Part shown: in pieces, positions 50,050 through 58,081 of the stretch | Numbering within the stretch: position 1 is the first letter of the stretch | How the letters are laid out: every line of letters begins with the position of its first letter | Source: a virus | Direction: 5' to 3' (one strand) | DNA: 64,000 nucleotides | IMG/VR virus record: IMGVR_UViG_3300028045_000008 | Location: 50,372-114,371 of that record | Translations under genes and position numbers: made by a program | The notes under the pieces: generated by a model | Seen by the model: only the letters and a program-made list of their open reading frames with translations | Database searches by the model: none | Told to the model about the DNA's origin: nothing

Positions 50050-50125
50050 ACGCTAGTAGCTCAGGGGTGAGAGCAGTCGTCTTATATGCGATTGGTCGGT
50101 GGTTCAAATCCACCCTAGCGTACCA
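50050..50125 (+). tRNA. tRNA-Ile (anticodon UAU) with encoded CCA
   Basis: ACGCTAG/CTAGCGT acceptor, GCTC/GAGC D-arm, GTCGT-CTTATAT-GCGAT anticodon arm, GGTGG-TTCAAAT-CCACC T-arm, ACCA. Confidence 0.93.
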
Positions 50126-50152
50126 TTTAACCCAGAACCATAAAGGTAAATC

Positions 50153-50407
50153 ATGATTAAAACTTGTAAACACTGTGAAATAGAATTCAATGTCAACTCG
50201 CGCCAGAAGCGCCTCGTCGGAGGATACATCAATGAGTGTCCAGATTGCGTCGAGGAGCGAGGTGGTGATAACTCGGAGCCCAAACACTTCGGAGTGACCG
50301 GCTCACTCGGTGACGATGTTTCGGTAGTTCGCTTTGATAGTCAAAAGAAGCGAGATCAATTCCAGAAAGAGTATGGAGAAATTAAAACCCTCAAAGACTT
50401 TTTCTAG
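50153..50407 (+). CDS. Zinc-ribbon small protein
   Basis: CKHC...CPDC. Confidence 0.7.
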   Translation: MIKTCKHCEIEFNVNSRQKRLVGGYINECPDCVEERGGDNSEPKHFGVTGSLGDDVSVVRFDSQKKRDQFQKEYGEIKTLKDFF

Positions 50408-50408
50408 T

Positions 50409-50464
50409 CTTGACATTCTCTTGACAATTTAACCATTGACTTTAACTTAAATAACGTGTATAAT
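50409..50464 (+). promoter_or_regulatory. Composite promoter repeat 2 (drives tRNA-like RNA)
   Basis: TTGACA 50410, TTGACA 50421, -35 TTGACT 50436, TATAAT 50459. Confidence 0.85.
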
Positions 50465-50468
50465 GTAT

Positions 50469-50563
50469 GTATAAATAGGGAGAGAGGCGCAGGTTCAAAT
50501 CCTGTCACGACCAAGGGACCAGTTGTGAAGTGTTGCTAGGTGGCACACTCGCCCTATTTATAT
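50469..50563 (+). ncRNA. Circularly permuted, anticodon-less tRNA-like RNA
   Basis: Terminal stem 50469-50484/50548-50563 encloses AGGC, T-arm GCAGG-TTCAAAT-CCTGT, acceptor-like hairpin CACGAC/GTTGTG, AA, D-arm GTGT-TGCTAGGTG-GCAC. Confidence 0.75.
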
Positions 50564-50587
50564 CACCAATCAATCCAGGAGCTTAAA

Positions 50588-50749
50588 ATGAACGACCCAA
50601 TACTAAATGACCTTATCCAAGTAGCTATTGAAGAATATTATAAGGAAGAACCTATTTATGGAGTAGATTATGATGAAATGCCAGAAGATTTAGAGGGCGA
50701 GTGCCCCGAGTGGATTAAGGAACAACTTGATGACGACATCCCATTTTAA
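50588..50749 (+). CDS. Acidic 53-aa peptide ending in SSB-type tail DDDIPF
   Basis: RBS AGGAG; MNDPILNDL...WIKEQLDDDIPF. Confidence 0.7.
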   Translation: MNDPILNDLIQVAIEEYYKEEPIYGVDYDEMPEDLEGECPEWIKEQLDDDIPF

Positions 50750-50975
50750 ACAAGGAACACAAACAATACTGAAGCCTAGCAAAAGGGCATCACAGCGGAC
50801 CCGAAATCGTATTCACGAAAAGGGTCCGTCTTTTATTGTCGAGCTTGAAGCGACAATGCTAACCAACACAGCCTCCTCAATTGATGGGAAAATTTGTATT
50901 TGCTTCCGAGGCGTTGACAACGACTGGTCTGGGTGGCTCCCTGTCGACGAGATCCACGTAATAACTTCACTATGA
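50730..50975 (+). CDS. Small hypothetical protein
   Basis: Ends WSGWLPVDEI, SH3-like tail. Confidence 0.55.
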   Translation: MTTSHFKQGTQTILKPSKRASQRTRNRIHEKGPSFIVELEATMLTNTASSIDGKICICFRGVDNDWSGWLPVDEIHVITSL

Positions 50976-50984
50976 GAAAGCAGC

Positions 50985-51206
50985 ATGAAAAGACAATACT
51001 TCCAGCCAGGGCAAATTGTTCAGCTAGACCGCCCAGAGTTGGGTGAGCGCGATACATGGAGATTTATTGTCCTATCTTCAACTCATCCACCTCGCCACCC
51101 TGGACGATATTCTCTTTATTGTATCCGAGCCCCATCTTATCGCAAAACAGACCTCAATACTGTCCAGTATATATCCGGTTGCAGCCTGCGAATAATGGAG
51201 GACTAA
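50985..51206 (+). CDS. Small SH3-like protein (array member)
   Basis: FQPGQIVQL...FIVL. Confidence 0.65.
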   Translation: MKRQYFQPGQIVQLDRPELGERDTWRFIVLSSTHPPRHPGRYSLYCIRAPSYRKTDLNTVQYISGCSLRIMED

Positions 51207-51209
51207 TAA

Positions 51210-51431
51210 ATGAAGTTTAAATCATCAGATTTCGATAGGGGCCAATTTTATAAGTTGAAAACTCAATCCTTTATTGTATTGGATAAGAAATCAATAAATG
51301 GGTGGTTCGACCGCATCTCTGTATATTTTGTCACTAACCGAAATAAACAGTTAAAAGGAAAGAAAAAAGATTTTACTACCGGCGGTTTTGAAATTTACTT
51401 AAACAAGCTCTCCCCCGGCGAACATAAATAA
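51210..51431 (+). CDS. Small SH3-like protein (array member)
   Basis: FDRGQFYKL..FIVL. Confidence 0.6.
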   Translation: MKFKSSDFDRGQFYKLKTQSFIVLDKKSINGWFDRISVYFVTNRNKQLKGKKKDFTTGGFEIYLNKLSPGEHK

Positions 51432-51436
51432 AACCT

Positions 51437-51492
51437 CTTGACATTCTCTTGACAATTTAGTTCTTTACTTTCTCTTGAAAAGCGTGTATAAT
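51437..51492 (+). promoter_or_regulatory. Composite promoter repeat 3
   Basis: TTGACA 51438, 51449; -35 TTTACT 51464; TATAAT 51487. Confidence 0.85.
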
Positions 51493-51518
51493 GTAGGTAT
51501 ACAAAAGAGAGTTGTGCC

Positions 51519-51791
51519 ATGCTAGATATCAATAGCTTAAAGTCAGGGCAAATGTTAAGATATTCCGTAAAATTGTATTCAACGCAGGAGCGCGTTGAAT
51601 CTTTGTGGATATTGTTGGAGGAAATGCCCGGCGCCGAATCGTGCTCGGCAAGATGGCAGGGCGCCCGAGCGTTTAAGATGTATCAAATATATGATAGCCA
51701 CAATGCACTGCGCCGCTTTCGGCAAAACCGACCGGTCGAATTCGTTTTTAATTTAAAGAGCATTCAGGATTTCGCATTGGAGGTGGTATGA
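51519..51791 (+). CDS. Small SH3-like protein (array member)
   Basis: LKSGQMLRY...WILL. Confidence 0.6.
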   Translation: MLDINSLKSGQMLRYSVKLYSTQERVESLWILLEEMPGAESCSARWQGARAFKMYQIYDSHNALRRFRQNRPVEFVFNLKSIQDFALEVV

Positions 51792-52000
51792 AAGACGAGC
51801 TTAAAGCAGGACAATTAAGAACAGTCGCTCGCGGCGGTCTTGAGGGCACAGTGGTTATTCTTTTGGATATACAGGACCACGCAAGGATGTTGACCCCTAA
51901 AAATCAGATTTGGGACTCGATTATCGTCTTTTCGCCCATCCCATACTGGGAGCCTGGCGAGAAAATTGGTCTGCGTGGCGTAGACTTAATGAATTGGTGA
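51788..52000 (+). CDS. Small SH3-like protein (array member)
   Basis: LKAGQLRTV...VILL. Confidence 0.6.
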   Translation: MKDELKAGQLRTVARGGLEGTVVILLDIQDHARMLTPKNQIWDSIIVFSPIPYWEPGEKIGLRGVDLMNW

Positions 52001-52024
52001 GCTAAGAATAGAAAGTTAATTCTT

Positions 52025-52080
52025 CTTGACATTCTCTTGACAATTTAGCCATTGACTTCAACTAAAAAAACGTGTATAAT
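52025..52080 (+). promoter_or_regulatory. Composite promoter repeat 4
   Basis: TTGACA 52026, 52037; -35 TTGACT 52052; TATAAT 52075. Confidence 0.85.
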
Positions 52081-52106
52081 ATAGATATAAAAACAGGAGC
52101 TATCAC

Positions 52107-52706
52107 ATGTCCGAACAAGCCAAAAGACTCGACGCCTTCTTGCTCGAAAACCAAATCTCTAAGAGTGAGCGCTCCTTTGGTGAATCTCTCAAACAGAGTA
52201 TTTCCAAGTGGGGAAAATTAACAGATAACCAGTGGAACGCCTTCCAGCGGATGGAAGCGCGCCACAGTCCGGAAGTAAAAGCAGCGCGGGAGGGGTGGCA
52301 TAAGAGTTGGGATGAAGAAAAAGCTAGAAAATTACGAATTGCTGTTGAATATTATTCCTATACTGAATATTATTCGAGAACGGTAAATGCTGTTCTTGCC
52401 GATTCCTCATTTGTACCTTCCGAAAAGGATTATCGAAAGATAGTCGAAAATAAATATGCCCAGAAAGTCATAGAAATTCTGGCAGAAGACCCACTTTATC
52501 CGGTTGGCAGTCTTGTTCAAGTCCGCAAAACTGCTCGCAAGCACGCCTATTCTTTGCGTGATAGGTGTGCCCTGGTTGTGGTGAATGATGGCCCAGTCAG
52601 ATCCGCCGCAAAAGGTTCTCGGACTTATACGATTCTGCCTTTCGGTGAATCTAACACCGTAACCGTCGAGGAGCGATGGCTCAAGAAGGCCAGGAAGGCG
52701 AAATGA
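52107..52706 (+). CDS. Hypothetical protein with C-terminal SH3-like domain
   Basis: F.ESL..Q..KWGKLT..Q; YPVGSLVQVR...VEERWLK. Confidence 0.75.
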   Translation: MSEQAKRLDAFLLENQISKSERSFGESLKQSISKWGKLTDNQWNAFQRMEARHSPEVKAAREGWHKSWDEEKARKLRIAVEYYSYTEYYSRTVNAVLADSSFVPSEKDYRKIVENKYAQKVIEILAEDPLYPVGSLVQVRKTARKHAYSLRDRCALVVVNDGPVRSAAKGSRTYTILPFGESNTVTVEERWLKKARKAK

Positions 52707-52957
52707 CCGCCGACATCACGCCAAAACTAGGCGATATACTCGAAGAGAACTGCTCAAGAACTGACTTCAAAGCAAGATATATTGTTTTATCTATCATATC
52801 AGGCGACAGTGAGTCAAGGCACGGAAATTCATATGAACTATACACCCTATATGTCGAATCTTCATCTGCAGCAGACCGGTCGTTACAAGGGACGATTGAC
52901 GTTGCATATAATCTGGAAATAAACAACCATCGCGACACATGGCGTATTATCTCTTGA
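52703..52957 (+). CDS. Small SH3-like protein (array member)
   Basis: PKLGDILEE...YIVL; stop lies in repeat. Confidence 0.65.
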   Translation: MTADITPKLGDILEENCSRTDFKARYIVLSIISGDSESRHGNSYELYTLYVESSSAADRSLQGTIDVAYNLEINNHRDTWRIIS

Positions 52958-53008
52958 CATTCTCTTGACAACTTTTCTCTTTACTTTCTTTTAAAAAGCG
53001 TGTATAAT
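52953..53008 (+). promoter_or_regulatory. Composite promoter repeat 5
   Basis: TTGACA 52954, 52965; -35 TTTACT 52980; TATAAT 53003. Confidence 0.85.
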
Positions 53009-53056
53009 GTATATGTAAGTTAGAGAAACAACCACAAACTTTTAGAGGCTATCACA

Positions 53057-53851
53057 ATGGCATACTCAAGAAATAAACACAAAAGAACCGTCCGCTGCTC
53101 ATACTGCCATAAATCGGGACACAATAAATCCTCTTGTTCTAGTAAGAGAGAAAGAATTGAGGAACTACGCGCCGTACATGGAGATGATTTTTACACTGTG
53201 CGCATGTACGACTTAAAAGAGGAGCGCCGAAAGGAAGGCGGGTCGTCAAGAACATGCTCCTATTGTTCCCAGGGTGGACACAACCGCGCGACCTGCACAG
53301 CCCTGAAGGGCCACATGGCTGAAACCAAAGTTAAAAACTCCGAATTCAGGAAGGCTGTTTATGAGCGTCTGTGCGCCAATGGCATTGGCATCGGAGCATT
53401 AGTTTCAAGTGACAATTTCCAGTGCAACGTCATCGCAGGCGATTATTCGTCAGGGGTCTATCGCGTTCCGCAAATCATAACAGATATAAACTGGCTCGGG
53501 ATAAATGTCTGGCATAAGGAACTATGGTATTTCGACTCGACTACCAATATCGATGGCGGTCAGCCTGCACCCATCTTTACGATTCCATTTGGGAAGATGG
53601 ACGATATTCGATGGAAGAACCCAATGGGATATCCATTTGACTCCAAACTTGTGCCGTTGTTCATAGGCGAGAAATATTTCAACGAATTGTGTGAGGGCAC
53701 TCACTGGCGCGCCGATAAAATTGGAGGTCATTTCATGACTGTTGAATCGCCAGTACCACCAACCGCCCCACCTGCTGGCTGGCTTGAGTCCGAGGACAAC
53801 AAAATTAAAGAGGTTTACAAGAACCGTAAGGACTGGCAAGGGGCTTTATAA
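53057..53851 (+). CDS. Protein with two CCHC zinc knuckles
   Basis: CSYCHKSGHNKSSC and CSYCSQGGHNRATC. Confidence 0.75.
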   Translation: MAYSRNKHKRTVRCSYCHKSGHNKSSCSSKRERIEELRAVHGDDFYTVRMYDLKEERRKEGGSSRTCSYCSQGGHNRATCTALKGHMAETKVKNSEFRKAVYERLCANGIGIGALVSSDNFQCNVIAGDYSSGVYRVPQIITDINWLGINVWHKELWYFDSTTNIDGGQPAPIFTIPFGKMDDIRWKNPMGYPFDSKLVPLFIGEKYFNELCEGTHWRADKIGGHFMTVESPVPPTAPPAGWLESEDNKIKEVYKNRKDWQGAL

Positions 53852-53864
53852 GCCCTTTATCGCC

Positions 53865-53920
53865 CTTGACATTCTCTTTACAATTAAAGTATTGATTTAT
53901 GTCTAAAAAACGTGTATAAT
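53865..53920 (+). promoter_or_regulatory. Composite promoter repeat 6
   Basis: TTGACA 53866, TTTACA 53877; -35 TTGATT 53892; TATAAT 53915. Confidence 0.85.
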
Positions 53921-53967
53921 GTATATGTAAGTTAGAGAAGCAACCAACACAACCCAGGAGACTTAAT

Positions 53968-55122
53968 ATGTCCATCGCTATCACATTCGCAAACCTCAAT
54001 TCAATGATTCCAACCCTTCTTTCAGGCGACGAAAACGACCTTTATTCGGTTCTTATTCGTGGTCGCCATGGCATCGGCAAATCTTGGATTGCCTATCAAA
54101 CCGCCCAGGGATTATCCTGGGACAAGGGCGCTAATAAGACGCGCCCAATTCAAGACGGTGAAGTTTCGCTTCCTGTAGTTGAGATTCGAGCCTCCCAGAT
54201 GACAGAGGGCGACCTTCTTGGATTACCATCTCCTCATGAAGTCAACATCAATGGCGAAAAGGCAGCTTCGCTGCGCCCTTTCACTTGGCTCGTAAAGGCT
54301 TGCACCGAGCCCGTCGTCCTCTTTCTCGATGAAGTTGACCGCGCGACAACCGAGGTTCGACAAGGCTTTTTCCAGCTTGGCGACAGTCGTCAAATCAACG
54401 GGTGGAAACTCCATCCAGGCACCGTCGTCTTCGGCGCTGTAAACGGCGGCGTTCATGCTGCACAATACCAAGTCGCCGACATGGACCCTGCAGAACTTGA
54501 CCGCTGGGTAACTTTCGACGTCGAACCATCGGTCGAAGATTGGCTTAACTGGGGCAAAACCGAGGTTCACTCCATCATCTGGGACTTCATTAATCAGAAC
54601 AAGGACCATCTGGAGCACAAGGGCGAATTTGAGCCAGGAACCGTTTATCCTTCTCGCCGCTCTTGGCACCGCTTGAGCAATACGCTTGCAAAGGTGAATA
54701 TGCTTGACAACGAAAAAGCAGATTTAGGGCTTCTCTTTAATCTATCCCACGGATTTGTAGGCTTCGAAGCAGCCGTGTCACTTCGCGACTTCGTGGAGAA
54801 TTACGAGCGTCAGGTTACTGTCGAGGATATCCTGGTCCATGGTAATGTGGATAAAACCTCTGGATTCGGTTTGGTCGACCACGTTGCCCTCATCGAAAAA
54901 ATGAATGCTGCTGAAGTATTCACTTCTTCGATTGAAGGCGATAAGATTGTGAATCTGGTAACCTATTTTGACGTGCTCCCATCCGAAGCACGCATGAAGT
55001 TGTTCACAACCCTGACCGCGGCCAACAGCCAGGTTTCCGCCGAGAATGGCGCTAATTTTCATCGCGAGCTAGCCAAGCAAGGCAAGGTCGAGGCGTTTAT
55101 TAAGCTTCTTGGTGGAAAATAA
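53968..55122 (+). CDS. MoxR-like AAA+ ATPase
   Basis: GRHGIGKS, GDLLGLP, LFLDEVDR, MDPAELDRW, PSRRSW. Confidence 0.85.
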   Translation: MSIAITFANLNSMIPTLLSGDENDLYSVLIRGRHGIGKSWIAYQTAQGLSWDKGANKTRPIQDGEVSLPVVEIRASQMTEGDLLGLPSPHEVNINGEKAASLRPFTWLVKACTEPVVLFLDEVDRATTEVRQGFFQLGDSRQINGWKLHPGTVVFGAVNGGVHAAQYQVADMDPAELDRWVTFDVEPSVEDWLNWGKTEVHSIIWDFINQNKDHLEHKGEFEPGTVYPSRRSWHRLSNTLAKVNMLDNEKADLGLLFNLSHGFVGFEAAVSLRDFVENYERQVTVEDILVHGNVDKTSGFGLVDHVALIEKMNAAEVFTSSIEGDKIVNLVTYFDVLPSEARMKLFTTLTAANSQVSAENGANFHRELAKQGKVEAFIKLLGGK

Positions 55123-55143
55123 GAGTGTGATAGCAAAGGTCGA

Positions 55144-55186
55144 AGCGCTAGCATCGGTTGGTTGTCCGATGCTAGCGCTCCCTTTC
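55144..55186 (+). terminator. Strong hairpin, probable terminator
   Basis: AGCGCTAGCATCGG/CCGATGCTAGCGCT 14-bp perfect stem, then pyrimidine run. Confidence 0.75.
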
Positions 55187-55187
55187 T

Positions 55188-55243
55188 CTTGACATTCTCT
55201 TGACATTTTAATCCTTTACTTATTCCCAAAAATCTGGTATAAT
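55188..55243 (+). promoter_or_regulatory. Composite promoter repeat 7
   Basis: TTGACA 55189, 55200; -35 TTTACT 55215; TATAAT 55238. Confidence 0.85.
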
Positions 55244-55268
55244 TCATATATAGAATGGAGTTTACCCT

Positions 55269-56633
55269 ATGACATCGACACCCTTTAATCTTGACGAACA
55301 TATTGTTGACCTGCTCCGAGATGAGCCTTTCTTCGCCGCTTTGTCGCGCCGTATGGAGAAAGTGGCCTCCAGGTCAGTTCCTACCGCTGGTGTAGCCTTC
55401 AACAAGGACCGATGCCGCTTTGAACTTTATTACAATCCCGAATTCATGGCAGATATGCTAGCCCAGGATAAGAAATATGTTAAAGGCATTCTGTTGCACG
55501 AATTTTATCACATCATGCTCCTGCACGTAACCTCGCGCATGCCAGACGGAGCCATGACTAAGAAATGGAATATCGCCACAGATTTAGCTATAAATTCCGA
55601 GCTAACCGTCTTTTCGCACGATTCTGACTCCCCCACTGGATACTCTGTGGAAAGCTCCATTCTGCCACTTGATAAGGCGTGTATCCCTACGGTCGGTCCC
55701 TTCGCAGAGTTCGCCCCGCATTTATCTGCCGAGCAATACCTATCCATCCTGCCGGATAGTCCAGAACCAGATGATAGTCAGTCTGGCCAAGGAGGCGGAC
55801 AGGAAGGCGGACAGGAAGACGGCCAAGGCGACGGACAGGAAGACGGCCAAGGCCAAGGCCAAGGCGACGGACAGGAAGACGGCCAAGGCCAAGGCCAAGG
55901 CGACGGACAGGAAGACGGCCAAGGCCAAGGCCAAGGCGACGGTAACGGCTTCGATGACCATACTGACTGGGGCTCATCGGATGGCGCAGACGAGGGAAGA
56001 AAAATTGCAGAAGAGCGCCTAAAGGAAGCAATCAAAGAGGCGTATGTCGAGGCCCAATCGCGGGGTTTTGGTTCCATCTCTTCTGGAATGAAGCGGACGA
56101 TTAAGGAGGTTATAACTCCTAAAGTCAACTGGCGTTCAATCCTACGCTCTTTCGTCAAGGCTTCGCAGAGAGCAGATAGAACCTCAACTATCAAACGCCT
56201 GAATCGCCGATACGCATACATCCACCCTGGTCGCAAGGCAAAGCGTCAAGCTAAAATCGCGGTTTCGATTGACCAATCGGGCAGTGTTTCCGATGGCATG
56301 CTCGTTGCATTTTACTCCGAACTTGAAAAGCTGGCAACCATCGCTGACTTCACGATTGTTCCCTTTGATACTGAGGTTGCAGAAGAACATATTCATGTTT
56401 GGAAGAAGGGTGAGCGACACGAGAAGACTCGATATAAGCATGGTGGAACCTGCTTTAACGCCCCAACCAAGTGGGTAAACGAGAACAAGTTTGATGGTCA
56501 CATTGTCCTGACTGATATGGAGGCTCCGAAGCCTATTCCCAGCAATTGCCAGCGTATGTGGATGACAACCAAGGCCCACGCAGAACGCCCTTACTTCCAG
56601 ACCAATGAACGAGTGATTGCAATCAATGACTAA
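55269..56633 (+). CDS. Metallopeptidase plus vWA-like protein (DUF2201-type MoxR partner)
   Basis: PTAGV, HEFYH, WNIATDLAIN, DDH..W, IDQSGSVS, GGTCF, LTD. Confidence 0.85.
   Translation: MTSTPFNLDEHIVDLLRDEPFFAALSRRMEKVASRSVPTAGVAFNKDRCRFELYYNPEFMADMLAQDKKYVKGILLHEFYHIMLLHVTSRMPDGAMTKKWNIATDLAINSELTVFSHDSDSPTGYSVESSILPLDKACIPTVGPFAEFAPHLSAEQYLSILPDSPEPDDSQSGQGGGQEGGQEDGQGDGQEDGQGQGQGDGQEDGQGQGQGDGQEDGQGQGQGDGNGFDDHTDWGSSDGADEGRKIAEERLKEAIKEAYVEAQSRGFGSISSGMKRTIKEVITPKVNWRSILRSFVKASQRADRTSTIKRLNRRYAYIHPGRKAKRQAKIAVSIDQSGSVSDGMLVAFYSELEKLATIADFTIVPFDTEVAEEHIHVWKKGERHEKTRYKHGGTCFNAPTKWVNENKFDGHIVLTDMEAPKPIPSNCQRMWMTTKAHAERPYFQTNERVIAIND
55785..55942 (+). repeat. In-frame G/Q/D tandem repeat (36-bp unit x3 plus partial copies)
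   Basis: GGACAGGAAGACGGCCAAGGCCAAGGCCAAGGCGAC. Confidence 0.9.
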
Positions 56634-56859
56634 CTCTCACCTCAAAATCGATGATGTCGAAGATTTAAAAGCTGGGGATATAATCTGTATCCCCAGCCTT
56701 CATCGTGGCGAGTGGTCGAGACTTGTTATATACGAGGTCACGAAAAGACTGTTTAAAACTTATGTATTACTTGATGAAACTCGTGCGTGGAAGCCAGGAG
56801 ATTTATATAGTTTTCAGATAATCGACCTGGACCCTACGAAATGGAGGTTGGTTGCTTGA
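56626..56859 (+). CDS. Small SH3-like protein (array member)
   Basis: LKAGDIICI; stop lies in repeat. Confidence 0.65.
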   Translation: MTNSHLKIDDVEDLKAGDIICIPSLHRGEWSRLVIYEVTKRLFKTYVLLDETRAWKPGDLYSFQIIDLDPTKWRLVA

Positions 56860-56910
56860 CATTCTCTTGACAAACTTTTCCTTTACTTTTCCTCCAAAAT
56901 TTGGTATAAT
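56855..56910 (+). promoter_or_regulatory. Composite promoter repeat 8
   Basis: TTGACA 56856, 56867; -35 TTTACT 56882; TATAAT 56905. Confidence 0.85.
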
Positions 56911-56933
56911 ATGTATATAGGATGGAGGTTAAC

Positions 56934-57185
56934 ATGAAGTTTAAGCCGGGAAATTTATTAAAGCATAAGAAAAACGGCGGGCTCTGGATTGTTATTGAAA
57001 CTCGCCAGATAAATAAAAAAGGTCCACGCAGGCGCCCGACTGTTTTCAGGATGCAATTGGATGCTGTTTGTATCCAGCCTGGACTAAGTAAGTGCAATCA
57101 TGCAGGGCTAGCCGATACCTGGTACTGTAAAGAAGAAGATGGAAGCGACCACGATGATAATTGGACGGTGATAAATGAAGTTTGA
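56934..57185 (+). CDS. Small SH3-like protein (array member)
   Basis: MKFKPGNLLKH...WIVI. Confidence 0.7.
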   Translation: MKFKPGNLLKHKKNGGLWIVIETRQINKKGPRRRPTVFRMQLDAVCIQPGLSKCNHAGLADTWYCKEEDGSDHDDNWTVINEV

Positions 57186-57408
57186 ACCAGGAGATTTAAT
57201 CGAAGAAGTCGTCGACGGTCAAGCCGATGCCCGATGCATTGTGGTAAAGCTTGAGAATCATCCGGTGGTTCCTGGGTTATCAGATTATACCCTTTATCTA
57301 GTGTGGGCGGCACCCCAGGCCTGGGGACATCCACCATGGAAAACCTTGATTTTAACGAATGCCGTGGTTGAGTCTTCTGATGACGATTATTACTGGAGGA
57401 AAGCATGA
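57175..57408 (+). CDS. Small SH3-like protein (array member)
   Basis: MKFEPGDLIEE. Confidence 0.7.
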   Translation: MKFEPGDLIEEVVDGQADARCIVVKLENHPVVPGLSDYTLYLVWAAPQAWGHPPWKTLILTNAVVESSDDDYYWRKA

Positions 57409-57638
57409 AATTTAAAGTCGGAGATTTAATAGCTCATAAGCCGATGCAGGGTTTAGGTTCGCTCGTTGAAGCGATTATCCTGGAGCACTGGCAAACTGAG
57501 AATTACTGGACAAAAGATGTCGTTGATAATGTACATTTATTCATAACTTTCGACGAGGATGACCCGACAGCAGTTAGCGATATTGACACAATGACCAGCT
57601 TCAAAGACCAGCATTGGAGCTTGAAAAGTGAGGTTTAA
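57405..57638 (+). CDS. Small SH3-like protein (array member)
   Basis: MKFKVGDLIAH; NVHLFITFD. Confidence 0.7.
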   Translation: MKFKVGDLIAHKPMQGLGSLVEAIILEHWQTENYWTKDVVDNVHLFITFDEDDPTAVSDIDTMTSFKDQHWSLKSEV

Positions 57639-57858
57639 ATCCGGAGATATTGTCGCTTACGGCATGAATAATAAGCCAGAGATACAGGGCGTTATCGTCA
57701 ATCTCAGTAAAGAGCCAAACCCGTGGAAAGCGGGAACCATTGCTAATGTGGATCTATTCATCACTTTCGACGCCTCGTGGCCTTCTAAACTACACAAAAT
57801 TGAGACGTTTTGCAACTTTAACCCCGATGTCTGGGAGTTGAAAAATGAAAAAGGGTGA
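57628..57858 (+). CDS. Small SH3-like protein (array member)
   Basis: MRFKSGDIVAY; NVDLFITFD. Confidence 0.7.
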   Translation: MRFKSGDIVAYGMNNKPEIQGVIVNLSKEPNPWKAGTIANVDLFITFDASWPSKLHKIETFCNFNPDVWELKNEKG

Positions 57859-58078
57859 TTTGATTCAGTTTGTATCTGCACATGAAAAACATCGATGCAG
57901 GGGGATTATTTTGGAGAACGTTCCAGAAGATGATAATCAATTACCTCGAATCCGCATCGCTGTATATATGTATTATGTCCCAGCATGGAATAATCTTAAA
58001 TCAGGGGAAATCTGGGATATCAAGTTGAGCAAATTGAATAAGCTTTACCGGGTTTTAAATAAAGCTAAGACTAACTAA
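57845..58078 (+). CDS. Small SH3-like protein (array member)
   Basis: MKKGDLIQF...GIIL. Confidence 0.7.
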   Translation: MKKGDLIQFVSAHEKHRCRGIILENVPEDDNQLPRIRIAVYMYYVPAWNNLKSGEIWDIKLSKLNKLYRVLNKAKTN

Positions 58079-58081
58079 GGT

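Noticed and set aside
50469-50563. Two-piece tmRNA or an ordinary tRNA
   Set aside because: No G3:U70 alanine identity pair or GGGG start, no tag reading frame inside, no anticodon loop, and the arm order is permuted.
50540-50587. GTG start at 50540 given in the ORF track
   Set aside because: It lies inside the structured RNA; ATG 50588 has a clear AGGAG RBS.
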